A DNA stretch of 64,000 nt from the NCBI GenBank assembly GCA_041398805.1, contig JAWKUC010000007.1, positions 135,672 through 199,671 of the forward strand. Direction: 5' to 3'. A program made the position numbers and the translations under genes. Shown here in pieces: positions 21,555 through 32,193 of this stretch. Below the pieces are notes generated by a model. The model saw nothing but the letters and a program-made list of their open reading frames with translations, did no database searches and was not told where the DNA came from. How positions within the stretch are numbered: the first letter of the stretch is position 1; every line of letters starts with the position of its first letter. This DNA is from Planctomycetaceae bacterium. Its GTDB lineage: Bacteria; Planctomycetota; Planctomycetia; Planctomycetales; Planctomycetaceae.

Positions 21555-22554
21555 ATGAACTACGAATTCCCTCCTCCGGACTATTTCCCCTGGGTTCATC
21601 TGGGAGTTAATACCTTGATCATGTTCCCGATACTGATGTGGGGACTGGGTTTAATCTTCCGCAAAAAGTTGGAGAACTACGAAACTGAGCCTTCGAATAA
21701 GCGCGCTGGTTTTCAGTTATCATTCTTACATTGACGGGACTGTTCTGGTTCCCGTTCTTCATCATGTTTCCCATTGCCGGCGTGGGACGCATCCTGGAAA
21801 AGAATCGCAAAAATCCACTTCCGCTGGTCATTCTGTTGTCTCTGCCGGTCTTTCTGTATTGCTTCTCTAACAGATACATGTTCATGGGCGCCCGGGAAGC
21901 CGCCCAGAGGAGCGATTGTCGCAATCACATGAAACAGTTAGGGCTGCTGTTTGAAACTTATCACGAAGAACTAGGCCACTTCCCTCCAGCAGTTTCCATG
22001 AAGGAAGGGGAACATCCTGTCAGTTGGCGGGTTGAATTTGCAGATCGCATGAATGCATTAAACGGTAAGTACGACCGCACACTCTCCTGGGACGCGCCAG
22101 CAAATCTTCCCTTACTCAAAAAGAAACCAGCTTATTACAAATGTCCCACCCATCAAGGACAAAGTATTCATCCCGATGCAGGTCACACCAGTTATGCCCT
22201 GGTCACTGGGTCAAAGACCATTTTTCCTGAAAGTGGTCCTTTATCAAGGGAGAGATAACTGACGGTATTTCACATACGGTTCTGATGGGTGAAGCCGCCG
22301 GTTTGCAGATTCCCTGGACAGCACCTCGCGATATCGATGTCGATCAGCAACCGATCGGTATTAACCTGCCCGGTTCGAAACCACACTCTTCACCTGGTAC
22401 GTTTTCCTCGTATCACTGTGGCGGCACCTTTGTACTGATGGCCGATGGAAGCGTTCAATGGATCAGCAAAAATGTGGATCCCCAAATATTAAAAGGGAGC
22501 CTCACACCCAGCTATGATGATAAAGATGAGTTTGAGCGTGAGGTCATTGATTGA
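21555..22554 (+). CDS. DUF1559-family protein with N-terminal TM segments (frameshifted)
   Basis: AREAAQRSDCRNHMKQLG..F..YHE, SWRV, CP, DG..T..MGE, SYHCGG..VLMADGSV. Confidence 0.85.
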
Positions 22555-22576
22555 GATATCCTGGGGTAGCCGACAT

Positions 22577-23278
22577 CTATGGCTTACAAGCAATGTAATC
22601 CCTAGCCATTTCTTCTAAACGTTGCTTTGCCTCTTCATGTCCCAACTCGACACCACGCTTGAACCACTCAAGGGCTTGTTTAAGATTCTGCCTCACTCCA
22701 TTCCCATCGCGATAACTTAGCCCCAGGTTATAACAGGCTGCCGGATTTCCAGCGCGAGCCGAACGACGATACCAGTAGATGCCCTGCTTGTTATCCCGCT
22801 TCACACCCACGCCTTCGTGATAACAATAACCGACAATGCACTGTGACTCATCATCCCCGAGTTCTGCCGCTTTTTTGTACCATCGGAAACTGGTCCGACG
22901 ATTCGGATTCACATGCCGCCCCAGTTCATAATAGAGCCCCAGGTTATACATTGCATTCCGATTCCCCAGCTGCGCTGCCTGTCGGAACTGTTTGAAAGCT
23001 TCGGCATATCGCGGAGGTCTGCTAGTCGCAAACAATAGCCCCAGGTTTAAAATAGCACTATCGTATTTTCTCACCGCGGCCCTACGATACCACTTCTCAG
23101 CCTGCTTACGAGAGCGTCTTATTCCCTGACCATAATGATACGCCAATCCCAACATATAATCACCCCACGGATCTCCCTCCGCCGCAACCTGTTTCAGCAG
23201 GGGAATAGCGAGATGCCATTCGTTCTGATCGAGTAGTCGTTCGATCTCAACGGCCATTTGTTTTATGTGAGTGGTCAT
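22577..23278 (-). CDS. Sel1-like repeat protein
   Basis: Repeated A.YNLG..Y..G.GV..D/N...A..WY..AA..G. Confidence 0.92.
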   Translation of the reverse strand: MTTHIKQMAVEIERLLDQNEWHLAIPLLKQVAAEGDPWGDYMLGLAYHYGQGIRRSRKQAEKWYRRAAVRKYDSAILNLGLLFATSRPPRYAEAFKQFRQAAQLGNRNAMYNLGLYYELGRHVNPNRRTSFRWYKKAAELGDDESQCIVGYCYHEGVGVKRDNKQGIYWYRRSARAGNPAACYNLGLSYRDGNGVRQNLKQALEWFKRGVELGHEEAKQRLEEMARDYIACKP

Positions 23279-23359
23279 GAGAGAGTCTGAAGGGGATTCT
23301 GATGAGGAATCATTATACCCAGGGCTGACACAGAATAGCTCAGAAAGGATCGCCCATCC

Positions 23360-23692
23360 TCAATGCGAAATGCTCTTCGAGAAGAGATTAATAACCAGCA
23401 CACCGGCGATGATCAAACCCATCCCGAGGAGGGCGGGGGTGTCGAGGGTTTGTTTGTGGAAGATGTAGCTCAGTACTGAAATGAGCACGATTCCGCAGGC
23501 GGACCAGATCGCATAGACGACACCGGTGGGAATCTTTTCCAGGGTGAGTGACAGTAGATAGAAAGCGATCAGGTATGAGATGATCACGATGAAAGTCGGG
23601 ACTGGTTTGGTCATCCTTTCAGATGACTTCAGTAGAGTAGTCCCGATGACTTCCGCGATGATCGCCAGAGCCAGATAGAGGTAGACCATGAT
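23360..23692 (-). CDS. Small multidrug resistance (SMR/EmrE-like) transporter
   Basis: LAIIAEVIGTTLLK (conserved Glu), YAIWS, GMGLIIAGV..INL; 4 TM segments; start codon approximate. Confidence 0.92.
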   Translation of the reverse strand: MMVYLYLALAIIAEVIGTTLLKSSERMTKPVPTFIVIISYLIAFYLLSLTLEKIPTGVVYAIWSACGIVLISVLSYIFHKQTLDTPALLGMGLIIAGVLVINLFSKSISH

Positions 23693-23742
23693 CACGCTTC
23701 TCCTGCGAAACAATTCACTGGTTCTGAATTATCACACACCAT

Positions 23743-23778
23743 AAAAAAAGACATCTCGCGGAGTTCGCGAGATGTCTT
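23743..23778 (-). terminator. Terminator downstream of tRNA-Val
   Basis: AAGACATCTCGCG-gagtt-CGCGAGATGTCTT with a poly-T tract on the minus strand. Confidence 0.8.
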
Positions 23779-23782
23779 ATTA

Positions 23783-23858
<76 letters not shown>

Positions 23859-24194
23859 TTTAATACATGTTTCTGAAACTTTATGAGATCGACTAATTCA
23901 GAAGTTCGGTCTCAACCCGATTTCAGAGACACAGATGTTTCCTCTGTGCTTTTCCACCAGACACAAAAGTATCCAGCAGGGTGCGTAATTTATCTAAAAA
24001 ATGATCGGCCTGACAATAAAAGAAGGGGGGATAAATGTATCTTCCTGCAAAATCCCCCTGAACCCGGTCGAAATAATCGACTCCAACGTCACAGATGTCG
24101 AGAAAATATGGAGAAGAACCGCTCCAGAAGCAGCTGAGGACTTGTGAACCCTGTATCTCTGCTGTAGAACACCTGTTGAGCGGAAATCAGCTCT

Positions 24195-24284
<90 letters not shown>

Positions 24285-24293
24285 CAGACAAAT

Positions 24294-24342
24294 AGCTTTT
24301 CGTAGCCTGAGTAATATCAACAGGTTACGGAAAGCTTTTTTT
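24294..24342 (+). terminator. Hairpin/terminator after tRNA-Ser
   Basis: AGCTTTTCGTAGCCTG...CAGGTTACGGAAAGCT followed by a T run. Confidence 0.65.
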
Positions 24343-24362
24343 ATGGACAGAAAATGGAATTC

Positions 24363-24610
24363 TCACGGTGAACAATTCGCCCTGATCTTCCTCACGAGGA
24401 TTGCTTTCGCCGTTTTGCCACCGCCCACTTCATATTTGAAGTCGGAATAGGCGAGCAGGAAGCTATTTTCATCCAGTGGAAGAAGGCTCGTGTAGCCACA
24501 TGAATCGTCATGATGAATCGTCGTGAATTTTTTCTTCATTGCCCGCGACAATATAAACTGGCTTCGTCCACTGGCGCGCGGAACTGTCGGGCGAAAAAAG
24601 GAGCCACCTA
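24363..24610 (-). pseudogene. 3' remnant of a BNR/Asp-box (sialidase-like) gene
   Basis: WLLFSPDSSARQWTKPVYIVAG...IHDDS, then CGYTSLLPLDENSFLLAYSDF after a 13-nt duplication; no start codon or N-terminal part. Confidence 0.6.
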
Positions 24611-26149
24611 TCAGGGAAACTCAGCCGTCTGATGCCGGTCTATCCAGAAACGCCGTGCTTTTTCGAAGTCCGGGAGAATTTTCTGCAACTGATCATTGTT
24701 TTTCACGTGCTCTTTCAGCCGCTCCAGTCGTCGACCAAGCCAATCCGCGAAGAATAAAGTTGATTTTTTGCTGATGTATTTCGGTTGATTTTTTACTTCC
24801 ACGTAGAAAGGAGCAGTGCTGGCGAAGCGGAAGGTCCGATCATTTTTGACGAGAACCCGCACCAGGAACCAGCCTGATTGTTCGAACTTGATTTCTACTT
24901 CGGGCAATGATTGCGAGGGATCACTCCCAGCCTTATCGCTGCGAATCACCTCTCCATTTCTGATCCATTGAATCTGATCCACTTCATCACGAGAGGTGAC
25001 CGTTCCAGCAAGCTTGATGATGGCTTCGTTTTCCACCTGAAAAACATGACCGGGAAGTTCACCATCAGCGGTCACTTCGAGGTGTGGGCCATTGGTGACA
25101 AATGAGCGTCCCGCGCGAAGGCCTTCCCACCATTTATCCCAGGTCAGTTCACCTTCAACATGCACATAAACCCGGTTGTAACCAACCGGGTTGGGTAACA
25201 CATCTGAAGCGGAACCTGCCGAGGGGGGAATCCGAATTCCACTATTCAGCAGGTGATAATAGATTTCCTGAGTCCAGTAACCATTCCCTAATGGGGAGGG
25301 CAAATTTTGTGTATCTCTGGGAAATCCCCAAGCCTCGGTTTCGTACATCGAAGCACGGCACATATGATTGTTCGCCAGCCCGATGGTGTCGATCTTGTCT
25401 GTCATCACCCAGATGGGCACATCCCACCAGAAAGGTTTTTCGATGTCGATGTGAACCTGATCGTGCTTCGCTGCTCTCTTTAGAAACTGAACTGAGGAAG
25501 GAAACTCTCGATTTATCGATCTGATATCGAGAGGTGCATCCCGATGAAAATAGAGCAGGGCGCCTCCTTCCCGTTCATCTTCTCCCGCCATCACGTCCAT
25601 CCATTGATTCTCACCCAGCGATTGAAGAGTCTCTCGGGGAAGCTCTTTCCCTTTCCAGACGTTCCGCTCATTCCACCAGCTGATAACCGGCCCGATGTTC
25701 AACTCTTCGGTTTTGAGCAGTAACGGAGCTTCTTCCAGCGGACGATGGATATGCAGGTCGCCACTGTACCACCCCCGCTTGTTCATATTGATCAGGCGTT
25801 TGATAGTAAACGCGAGCTTCTTTATCCCGTTTTCAGGTAGTGAGAACTCCCCGCTGAGCTGTTCGTATTCGGGACCTTTTTCAATCTCGAAGGAATAATT
25901 TCCCGCAGTGAGATCGTAATTCAATTCGCCCGGAACACAAAAATGATCGAAATGATAGGGAAGCTCGGGATGCGGGACTGCTTTACCCTGTGCATCCTTC
26001 AAATGAATACGAAAGGGAACGACTTCGCCTTCTTCATTTTTGACCGTCAATTCCAGAGTGCCGGCAAAGACCATCTCGGCAGTAGCAAGACCCAGATAAA
26101 GCTGGATCATCATCAGGAATGCAACTAAACCGGGCGGGGAGAGGCGCAT
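24611..26149 (-). CDS. Secreted CehA/McbA-family (PHP-like) metallohydrolase
   Basis: Signal peptide; KGPEY, GWYSGDLHIH, YYHLLN.G, GSASD..PNPVGYNRVY, GRSFVTNGP. Confidence 0.8.
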   Translation of the reverse strand: MRLSPPGLVAFLMMIQLYLGLATAEMVFAGTLELTVKNEEGEVVPFRIHLKDAQGKAVPHPELPYHFDHFCVPGELNYDLTAGNYSFEIEKGPEYEQLSGEFSLPENGIKKLAFTIKRLINMNKRGWYSGDLHIHRPLEEAPLLLKTEELNIGPVISWWNERNVWKGKELPRETLQSLGENQWMDVMAGEDEREGGALLYFHRDAPLDIRSINREFPSSVQFLKRAAKHDQVHIDIEKPFWWDVPIWVMTDKIDTIGLANNHMCRASMYETEAWGFPRDTQNLPSPLGNGYWTQEIYYHLLNSGIRIPPSAGSASDVLPNPVGYNRVYVHVEGELTWDKWWEGLRAGRSFVTNGPHLEVTADGELPGHVFQVENEAIIKLAGTVTSRDEVDQIQWIRNGEVIRSDKAGSDPSQSLPEVEIKFEQSGWFLVRVLVKNDRTFRFASTAPFYVEVKNQPKYISKKSTLFFADWLGRRLERLKEHVKNNDQLQKILPDFEKARRFWIDRHQTAEFP

Positions 26150-26263
26150 GCTATCATCCTTCTTCGAGCGGTTTCAGGATCTGAAGAACTCAACAAGAGG
26201 CTGAACTCTATAAACTTCAGAATAAGGGAACCGAAAGAGAAGTCACAAGCCTCATTAAAATGA

Positions 26264-27028
26264 TTACCCCGGTTTACGGACAATCAACTGGTAGTAAGGA
26301 ACTTTGAGCAACGGGATATAGGGAATCTTACCCTGGTGCTCTTCCAGAGAAACCAACTCAAAGCGTTCAAGCAGATAGGGAAGATGATCCCGATTCAGAT
26401 AGACATTGTCATTCGCAAACCAGACCGGCCAGAAGTTCTGCTGGAACCAGCTGTGCTTCTGCAAATCGTCTGCGGGATATTTTCGCGAGACATAAAAGTC
26501 GACAATCCCTAGTGTTCCTCCCGGTTTAATTAAATCCCAGGCATGATTCACCGCTTGAATCCAATCGGGAATCATCGTCAGAGAGTATGAAAACGTAACG
26601 AGATCAACCTGTCGTTCCGGGGGAACATACTGAGTCGCATCACCACAGACGGCAACCACGTTTGACCAGTTCTGCTCGCTGATTCGTTGTTGACAGACAT
26701 TGAGCAGGGGTTGGCATAAATCAACCAGATAGGCTTTTTGCAGTTGATCTATCCGTCCTCCCCACAACTCTGCGTTTTCACCCGTACCAGCACCAAGATC
26801 TATCCAGATACCGTTTTCAGGGATCTCAAGTTGCTGGAATAATTCCTGACGACCATGCAGCAGGCGACGACGAAACTGATCGTAACCGGTGGCTTGTCGC
26901 TGATAGAACGAATTCAACCTGTCGGCGTGAGTTTCCCCTTCAATTCGTGAGGCGATCAAATGCCAGACTGTTTTGGCATCATTCCAGCGGGCTGTCAGAA
27001 AGCTCATTTCCTCTCTCCTGTTAACCAA
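26264..27028 (-). CDS. btaB: SAM-dependent methyltransferase, BtaB-like (DGHS trimethylase)
   Basis: FY..QA..YD..R.RLL.GR, DLGAGTG, FSYSLTMIPDW, VDFY; overlaps btaA. Confidence 0.8.
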   Translation of the reverse strand: MVNRREEMSFLTARWNDAKTVWHLIASRIEGETHADRLNSFYQRQATGYDQFRRRLLHGRQELFQQLEIPENGIWIDLGAGTGENAELWGGRIDQLQKAYLVDLCQPLLNVCQQRISEQNWSNVVAVCGDATQYVPPERQVDLVTFSYSLTMIPDWIQAVNHAWDLIKPGGTLGIVDFYVSRKYPADDLQKHSWFQQNFWPVWFANDNVYLNRDHLPYLLERFELVSLEEHQGKIPYIPLLKVPYYQLIVRKPG

Positions 27029-28223
27029 CCAGATCGGCGATGTAAAAGCTGCCGTAGGTATTCACCCGGTCCTGATTATGTAACCGGTTGGCCAGTTCGT
27101 TTTCGTAATGTAACAGATTGCCCATCACCGTTTCGGTTCCCTGATAATCGACCTTGATGGGGTCGATAAAATCAACCTGCATACCGGCACTTCTCCACAG
27201 GAAACGAGTCTGTTCAGCTGACTTGTCCAGGATTGCCTGCCACTCACTCTGCAGGAGTTTCGGCTGAGCACCGGCCATCCAGTCCATATGATCCAGCAGG
27301 ACAAAGCGGGAAATATTTCCATCATACTGCCGCAGAAAACCTTCGACTGTATTCGTGTTGATTGTGACACGATCAACCAGACCCGCCTTCAGCCGTTCGA
27401 AGTTTTCCTGTTTAAGATATTCAGGACAACAGTGAGACTCGTACTGCCCGGTGAGATAGACCCGCCAGAAGTAATTATCCTGCAGTGATCGGAGTGTGAA
27501 GACCGTTTCTATGCGATCGATCACGAACTGTACGATCCCTCCCGGGTAACCGGTGTCGATCTGCGAACGCTGTTGACGGGGAACTCCCAACATCGACAAG
27601 GTCAGATCACGTCGCATACACCACTTGATAAACCGACTCCAGAGTTGATCGGAAAGTTGTCGTGACAGGTAAATCTCTGTCTGCTCAGCGATATTTTCCG
27701 CCGCAAGTAATGAATTGATATCCTCCCGGATTTTAGCCACCCGATCGATATAACAATTCACCCGCCAGGCAAACAGTCCGGACGAACCTCGGAAGTAAAA
27801 ACTCGAACGACGCCCCTCTGGAGAGAAGAACTTGCCATGTCTATCCCAGTATTTCTGTGAGACAGGGGAGAGTTCATCACGCAGTGCATCCTGATAAATC
27901 TCCACCCAGTTCCAGGTGCTTCCCCGTCCAAAAAGTTCAAAGAAGGTTTTGTAATCGAGATTGCGAATCCCGGCGATTTTCAAGTCGAGCAGGGCATTCT
28001 GTTTGGGATTCATATCAACGGCATGCACGCGGCGAGGTTCATCGAGCAGGTAATCGAGTGCATTACAGCCAGCGGAAGTGATCACCATCACTTCGTCTTC
28101 TGGCCCCAGCTCGAGAGCCTCTCGATCGAGGCGGGGATCTTCCCAGCAGGTGTTATAAACCAGGTTTCCCTGATGAACCCATTGAAAACTTCTACGACTG
28201 ATTCGTTCTGCGATCATCGACAT
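27021..28223 (-). CDS. btaA: BtaA, SAM:diacylglycerol 3-amino-3-carboxypropyl transferase (DUF3419)
   Basis: LVYNTCWEDPRLD, ITSAGCN, AVDMNP.QNALL, DNYFW, LLDHMDW, WRSA, DRVNTYGSF. Confidence 0.88.
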   Translation of the reverse strand: MSMIAERISRRSFQWVHQGNLVYNTCWEDPRLDREALELGPEDEVMVITSAGCNALDYLLDEPRRVHAVDMNPKQNALLDLKIAGIRNLDYKTFFELFGRGSTWNWVEIYQDALRDELSPVSQKYWDRHGKFFSPEGRRSSFYFRGSSGLFAWRVNCYIDRVAKIREDINSLLAAENIAEQTEIYLSRQLSDQLWSRFIKWCMRRDLTLSMLGVPRQQRSQIDTGYPGGIVQFVIDRIETVFTLRSLQDNYFWRVYLTGQYESHCCPEYLKQENFERLKAGLVDRVTINTNTVEGFLRQYDGNISRFVLLDHMDWMAGAQPKLLQSEWQAILDKSAEQTRFLWRSAGMQVDFIDPIKVDYQGTETVMGNLLHYENELANRLHNQDRVNTYGSFYIADLVG

Positions 28224-28410
28224 GATCCTTCATGATTAGGAGGGCTAGATTTCTTCTGACAGACCTTAAAATTCACTCACTCTGAACGACTTCATCTATG
28301 TCATTCTGCTTCACAGCAATACCAACTTCTGGCTTACTGAGAGAGGCGATTCTTTACTGAAAAACTAACGAGAAAAATCAGGAACTCTTTAACAATTGTT
28401 TTGAACCCGC

Positions 28411-29340
28411 TCAAGAAGCGGTGCGTGAACTCCTTAAAGCACGTAATGGTTTGAGCATGCGATGCATTAACCCGGAAGAGGTCGCCGCGGAATACGTTGC
28501 GGGAATAACGACGACATCAGCTTCTTCCACGACCTCTGTTTCATCTCCTTGAGCAATGCCTGGAATCACCACTTGCTCCTGATCAAAGAAGAGGATCTCC
28601 ATTTCACCCGTGTCGTACTCGATCAAGGCGCTGCAATGTTCGACCCAGTCCCCCGTATTGAAATAGTGAATGCCATCAATGTCGCGAATGTTGGGAGCGT
28701 GAATATGACCGCAGATAATCCCCTCACAACGGCGAGTCCGTGCATGGTCGACGAGTTTCTGCTCATAGTCGCTGATGAATCGCATCAACTGCTTTACCTG
28801 GGACTTAATCGCCGCAGAGAGCGTGAACTTTGCCTGCCCTTTGCTGCGAAAAAGTTTATTAAAGAGCGTGTTCGCCGAGAGGATCACGTCATAAGCAAAT
28901 GAAGCGAGTACCGAGAGCCATTGAGCACCTGTTTCAAACCGGTCGAACTGGTCACCATGAATAACGAGGTAGCGTCGACCATCGGGAGTCTGATGAATGA
29001 ACTCATCAGAAAGCGTCAGATAACCGAGTCGTTTACCGAAACTGCGAAAGAAGTTGTCGTGATTGCCGGGGGTATAATATATTTCTGTTCCCTGGTCGCT
29101 TAACTCCTGAACCCGATCCAGAATCTGGTTATAACTCTCCGGCCAGCGCCATTTTTTTCGTAATTTCCAACCATCAACCAAATCTCCCACAAGATAGAGA
29201 GACTCAGGTTGATGAGCCTGTAGAAAACTGAGGAATTCATCAGCCCGGGAATGCATGCAACCAAGATGCACATCACTTACGAAGATAGAGCGAATCTGTC
29301 GATTGGCCTCGTTGCCGATCGGTTTCTCTGACATGATCAT
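28411..29340 (-). CDS. LpxH-like metallophosphoesterase, probable phospholipase C PlcP
   Basis: SDVHLG, GDLVD, PGNHD, HGD, GHIH, NTGDW; directly upstream of btaAB. Confidence 0.8.
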   Translation of the reverse strand: MIMSEKPIGNEANRQIRSIFVSDVHLGCMHSRADEFLSFLQAHQPESLYLVGDLVDGWKLRKKWRWPESYNQILDRVQELSDQGTEIYYTPGNHDNFFRSFGKRLGYLTLSDEFIHQTPDGRRYLVIHGDQFDRFETGAQWLSVLASFAYDVILSANTLFNKLFRSKGQAKFTLSAAIKSQVKQLMRFISDYEQKLVDHARTRRCEGIICGHIHAPNIRDIDGIHYFNTGDWVEHCSALIEYDTGEMEILFFDQEQVVIPGIAQGDETEVVEEADVVVIPATYSAATSSGLMHRMLKPLRALRSSRTAS

Positions 29341-29731
29341 GACATCCTCCCTGACAGAAAAGAACAGATCGTTGAACGCATCCTGCGACTAATACGAGAA
29401 GAGTTGAGAGCAGATGTTGTGCAAGTGAGACGCGGGACTTGCATAAGTGTCCAACAGGATTCGTGACGATGAATTAAAAGAGGGACAAGTTCATTTCTGA
29501 GCGAAATGTTATCTTTCAATCATGCGTGGTTGATGAATCCCCCGTTAATCTCTTGCGAATTCGCATAGACCTCAAAGTTCCCACGAAGCCGGGAATGAAG
29601 CTGAGATTAAGGTTCATCTTGACCCCAACTGGCAGTTTTGCGACATTCCCTCCCCAACCGATTTCTGTATTCAGTTTGTTGAATTGCACTCTTTAACCCA
29701 CCCGCATCATTCTTAAAAAGGCTTCTGGTAG

Positions 29732-30179
29732 ATGCGAGACTGGTTCCGTCCATTACTCTGCCTGATTATTGCGGGACTCATTTCGGGCTGTGCTCACATG
29801 TCTCCCACCGAGCGAGGCGCATTGACCGGGGAGGGTTAGGGGCCACCGCAGGCGCCATTATCGGAAATTCCACCGAAGGGGCACTTGTTGGAGGAGCAAT
29901 CGGAACGCTCGCTGGTGCGGCACTGGGCCAACAGGAAGAGATGGAAATCGAGCGCGATGCTGCAATGAGAGCAGCCCGCGAAAGCGAGCTCGCCCGGCGA
30001 GCCGTCAGCATGTCCGACGTTATTAATATGTCCCAACAGGGACTGAGCGATGAAACCATCCTGCTCGCCGCCCAGACGCGCGGTTGCCAAATCGACATGA
30101 ACCCCAATAATTTGATTTACATGAAAGAGCAGGGGTTAGTGAACCTCTGATTAATAAATTGATCAGCGAGGGGAACTGA
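29732..30179 (+). CDS. Glycine-zipper lipoprotein (frameshifted)
   Basis: MRDWFRPLLCLIIAGLISGC lipobox; GATAGAIIG..GALVGGAIGTLAGAALG; DVINMSQQGLSDETI. Confidence 0.8.
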
Positions 30180-30674
30180 GCCAGAGACTCAATAAATCCT
30201 ATTAACACTTGTGTTCGGCAGCTGACCAGGAAGCATCTCAGAGCCAGCCAGAGCAGATCACAACCTGGAAATCGAATCTCATACGTGACATTCCAGAGGG
30301 TTTTGAACCTGGATTCGGTGTACATGGGCTAAAATTCCGGCTGGAATTCATGCCGGATTGAGTGTGTGGGTTTCATTCCTTTCCCGTAAATTATATCTTT
30401 TGGAAATTCTGGCCAGTCCGGTGGAAACAGGGAAACCTTGTTTCTTTCCACACTTAAGACGAGTCTCACGCCCCCCTTCAGTCAGGGTGAGAACGGGAAT
30501 TCGGAATAAGTCTCTACCGGGCTTCAAGGAATATTCACCTTTCATATTTGCAGCTGAAGTTACCCGCAGAAAGCGCTGACTTTTCCGCGGAAAGGTCTTC
30601 ATCAGGAGTGGGATCACCCGATTGGGTTACCGCCTGAATGAAATCTAACTAGGCAGGTTATTTGGAACACCGAA

Positions 30675-31997
30675 ATGGGTAGCAACGGAACGTCTGGTCC
30701 TGAAATTGTCATCACAGGTTTTGGAATTGTCTCTCCCGTGGGAATCGGGCAGGAAGAGTTCACAACCGCGCTGATGGAACAACGCAGCGGTATCAAACCG
30801 ATGGAGCTGCTGACTTCCTCGGCAACCCCCGGGAATGTCGGTGGAGAAGTCACCAATTTTACGGAAGCCGATGCCCGAAAAATCTACCTGAAACCGCTGA
30901 AAAAAAGCGTCAAAGTGATGTGCCGGGAAATTCAACTCGGTGTCGCCGCAGCCCTGCAGGCCGTTGAAAATTCCAAACTCGATCTCGATGCCATTGACCA
31001 CACTCGGTTTGGTGTTGAATTCGGCGCCAACCTGATGTTCAGCCCTCCGTGGGTACTACAAGATGCTTGCTGGAAATGCTGCTCAGAAACCGATTCCGGC
31101 TTGGAATTTCACTTTGACGAGTGGGGTGAAAAAGGCCTGGCTTCGATGGAACCTCTCTGGCTGCTTTGCTACTTACCGAATATGCCCGCCTGCCATATCG
31201 GTATCTCGATGGACGCCCGCGGACCGAGCAACTCCATGACCGTTGATGAAGCCTCCGGAAATCTGGTTCTGGGCGAAGCGATGAGCATCATCAGCCGGGG
31301 CTGGGCTGATGTCATGATTGCAGGCACCACGGGAACCCGCGTCAACCCGGTCAAATCAATTCACGGTCTCTTCTGGGACGAACTCGCCGAGCAGTCTGGT
31401 AGCCCGGAAACCTGGTCCCGCCCCTTCGATAAAGACCGCAATGGACAAGTCCTTTCTGAAGGGGGAGCCTCGTTCATTCTGGAAACAGCTGAGCATGCTC
31501 AGGCTCGTGGAGCCAAAATCTGGGCTAAAATGCTGGGCTCAGGAGCAAGTTGCCTCTCTGACGATGCAGGCAAAGCCCGCTACCGGGAAGCCTTGGCCGC
31601 CGCCATGAAAGCAGCCCTGCACAGTGCCGGCCTGACACCTGCCGATATCGGCCACATCAACGCCCACGGACTGGGAGAACGAACCACAGACCACGAGGAA
31701 GCCCTCGCCATTCACGATGTTTTTGGAGAGTACGCCTCTCAAGTCCCGGTTACCTCCCTGAAAAGCTACTGGGGAAATCCGGGAGCCTCCTGCGGTTCGC
31801 TGGAGCTGGCAGGTTCGCTGGTAGGGCTTGAAAAAGGAGTCGTTCTGCCGACTCTCAACTTCACCGCTCAGGCGGAAGACGATCCCAAACTAAACATCGT
31901 GCACTCAGAGCCGCTCCCCGTCGACAACAAGGTTGTCCTCAACATCAACGTCACCCGTCCAGACCAGGCCAATGCTGTGATTGTAGAAGGGCTTTAA
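30675..31997 (+). CDS. Beta-ketoacyl synthase (FabF-like) lacking the catalytic Cys
   Basis: VITGFGIVSPVG, PNM, RPFD..RNG, INAHG, PTLN; active-site loop reads GPSNSMTVDEASG. Confidence 0.88.
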   Translation: MGSNGTSGPEIVITGFGIVSPVGIGQEEFTTALMEQRSGIKPMELLTSSATPGNVGGEVTNFTEADARKIYLKPLKKSVKVMCREIQLGVAAALQAVENSKLDLDAIDHTRFGVEFGANLMFSPPWVLQDACWKCCSETDSGLEFHFDEWGEKGLASMEPLWLLCYLPNMPACHIGISMDARGPSNSMTVDEASGNLVLGEAMSIISRGWADVMIAGTTGTRVNPVKSIHGLFWDELAEQSGSPETWSRPFDKDRNGQVLSEGGASFILETAEHAQARGAKIWAKMLGSGASCLSDDAGKARYREALAAAMKAALHSAGLTPADIGHINAHGLGERTTDHEEALAIHDVFGEYASQVPVTSLKSYWGNPGASCGSLELAGSLVGLEKGVVLPTLNFTAQAEDDPKLNIVHSEPLPVDNKVVLNINVTRPDQANAVIVEGL

Positions 31998-32164
31998 GCC
32001 GTCTTCAGATTAGAGCCGGGACCAGAATCAGGAGAAATAAGCAGTCCGGGAAGGCCAGTCCCAGCCCCGAAAAACCTTGCCCTTGCGAGATTTGGGAGAC
32101 AGGGTAATTCTTGCAGAAACATTTTAGTCATCAAGACTTAGTTCCTTTTAGTCCTTCGATTTTC

Positions 32165-32193
32165 TTGACAGTTTGATCCGGAAACGATACTCT
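32165..32193 (+). promoter_or_regulatory. Sigma-70-type promoter upstream of nusA
   Basis: TTGACA-N17-TACTCT. Confidence 0.65.

Noticed and set aside
29560-29630. Pho box upstream of plcP (CTT-containing units about 11-12 nt apart on the minus strand)
   Set aside because: Spacing is irregular and the match too degenerate to call without a PhoB matrix.
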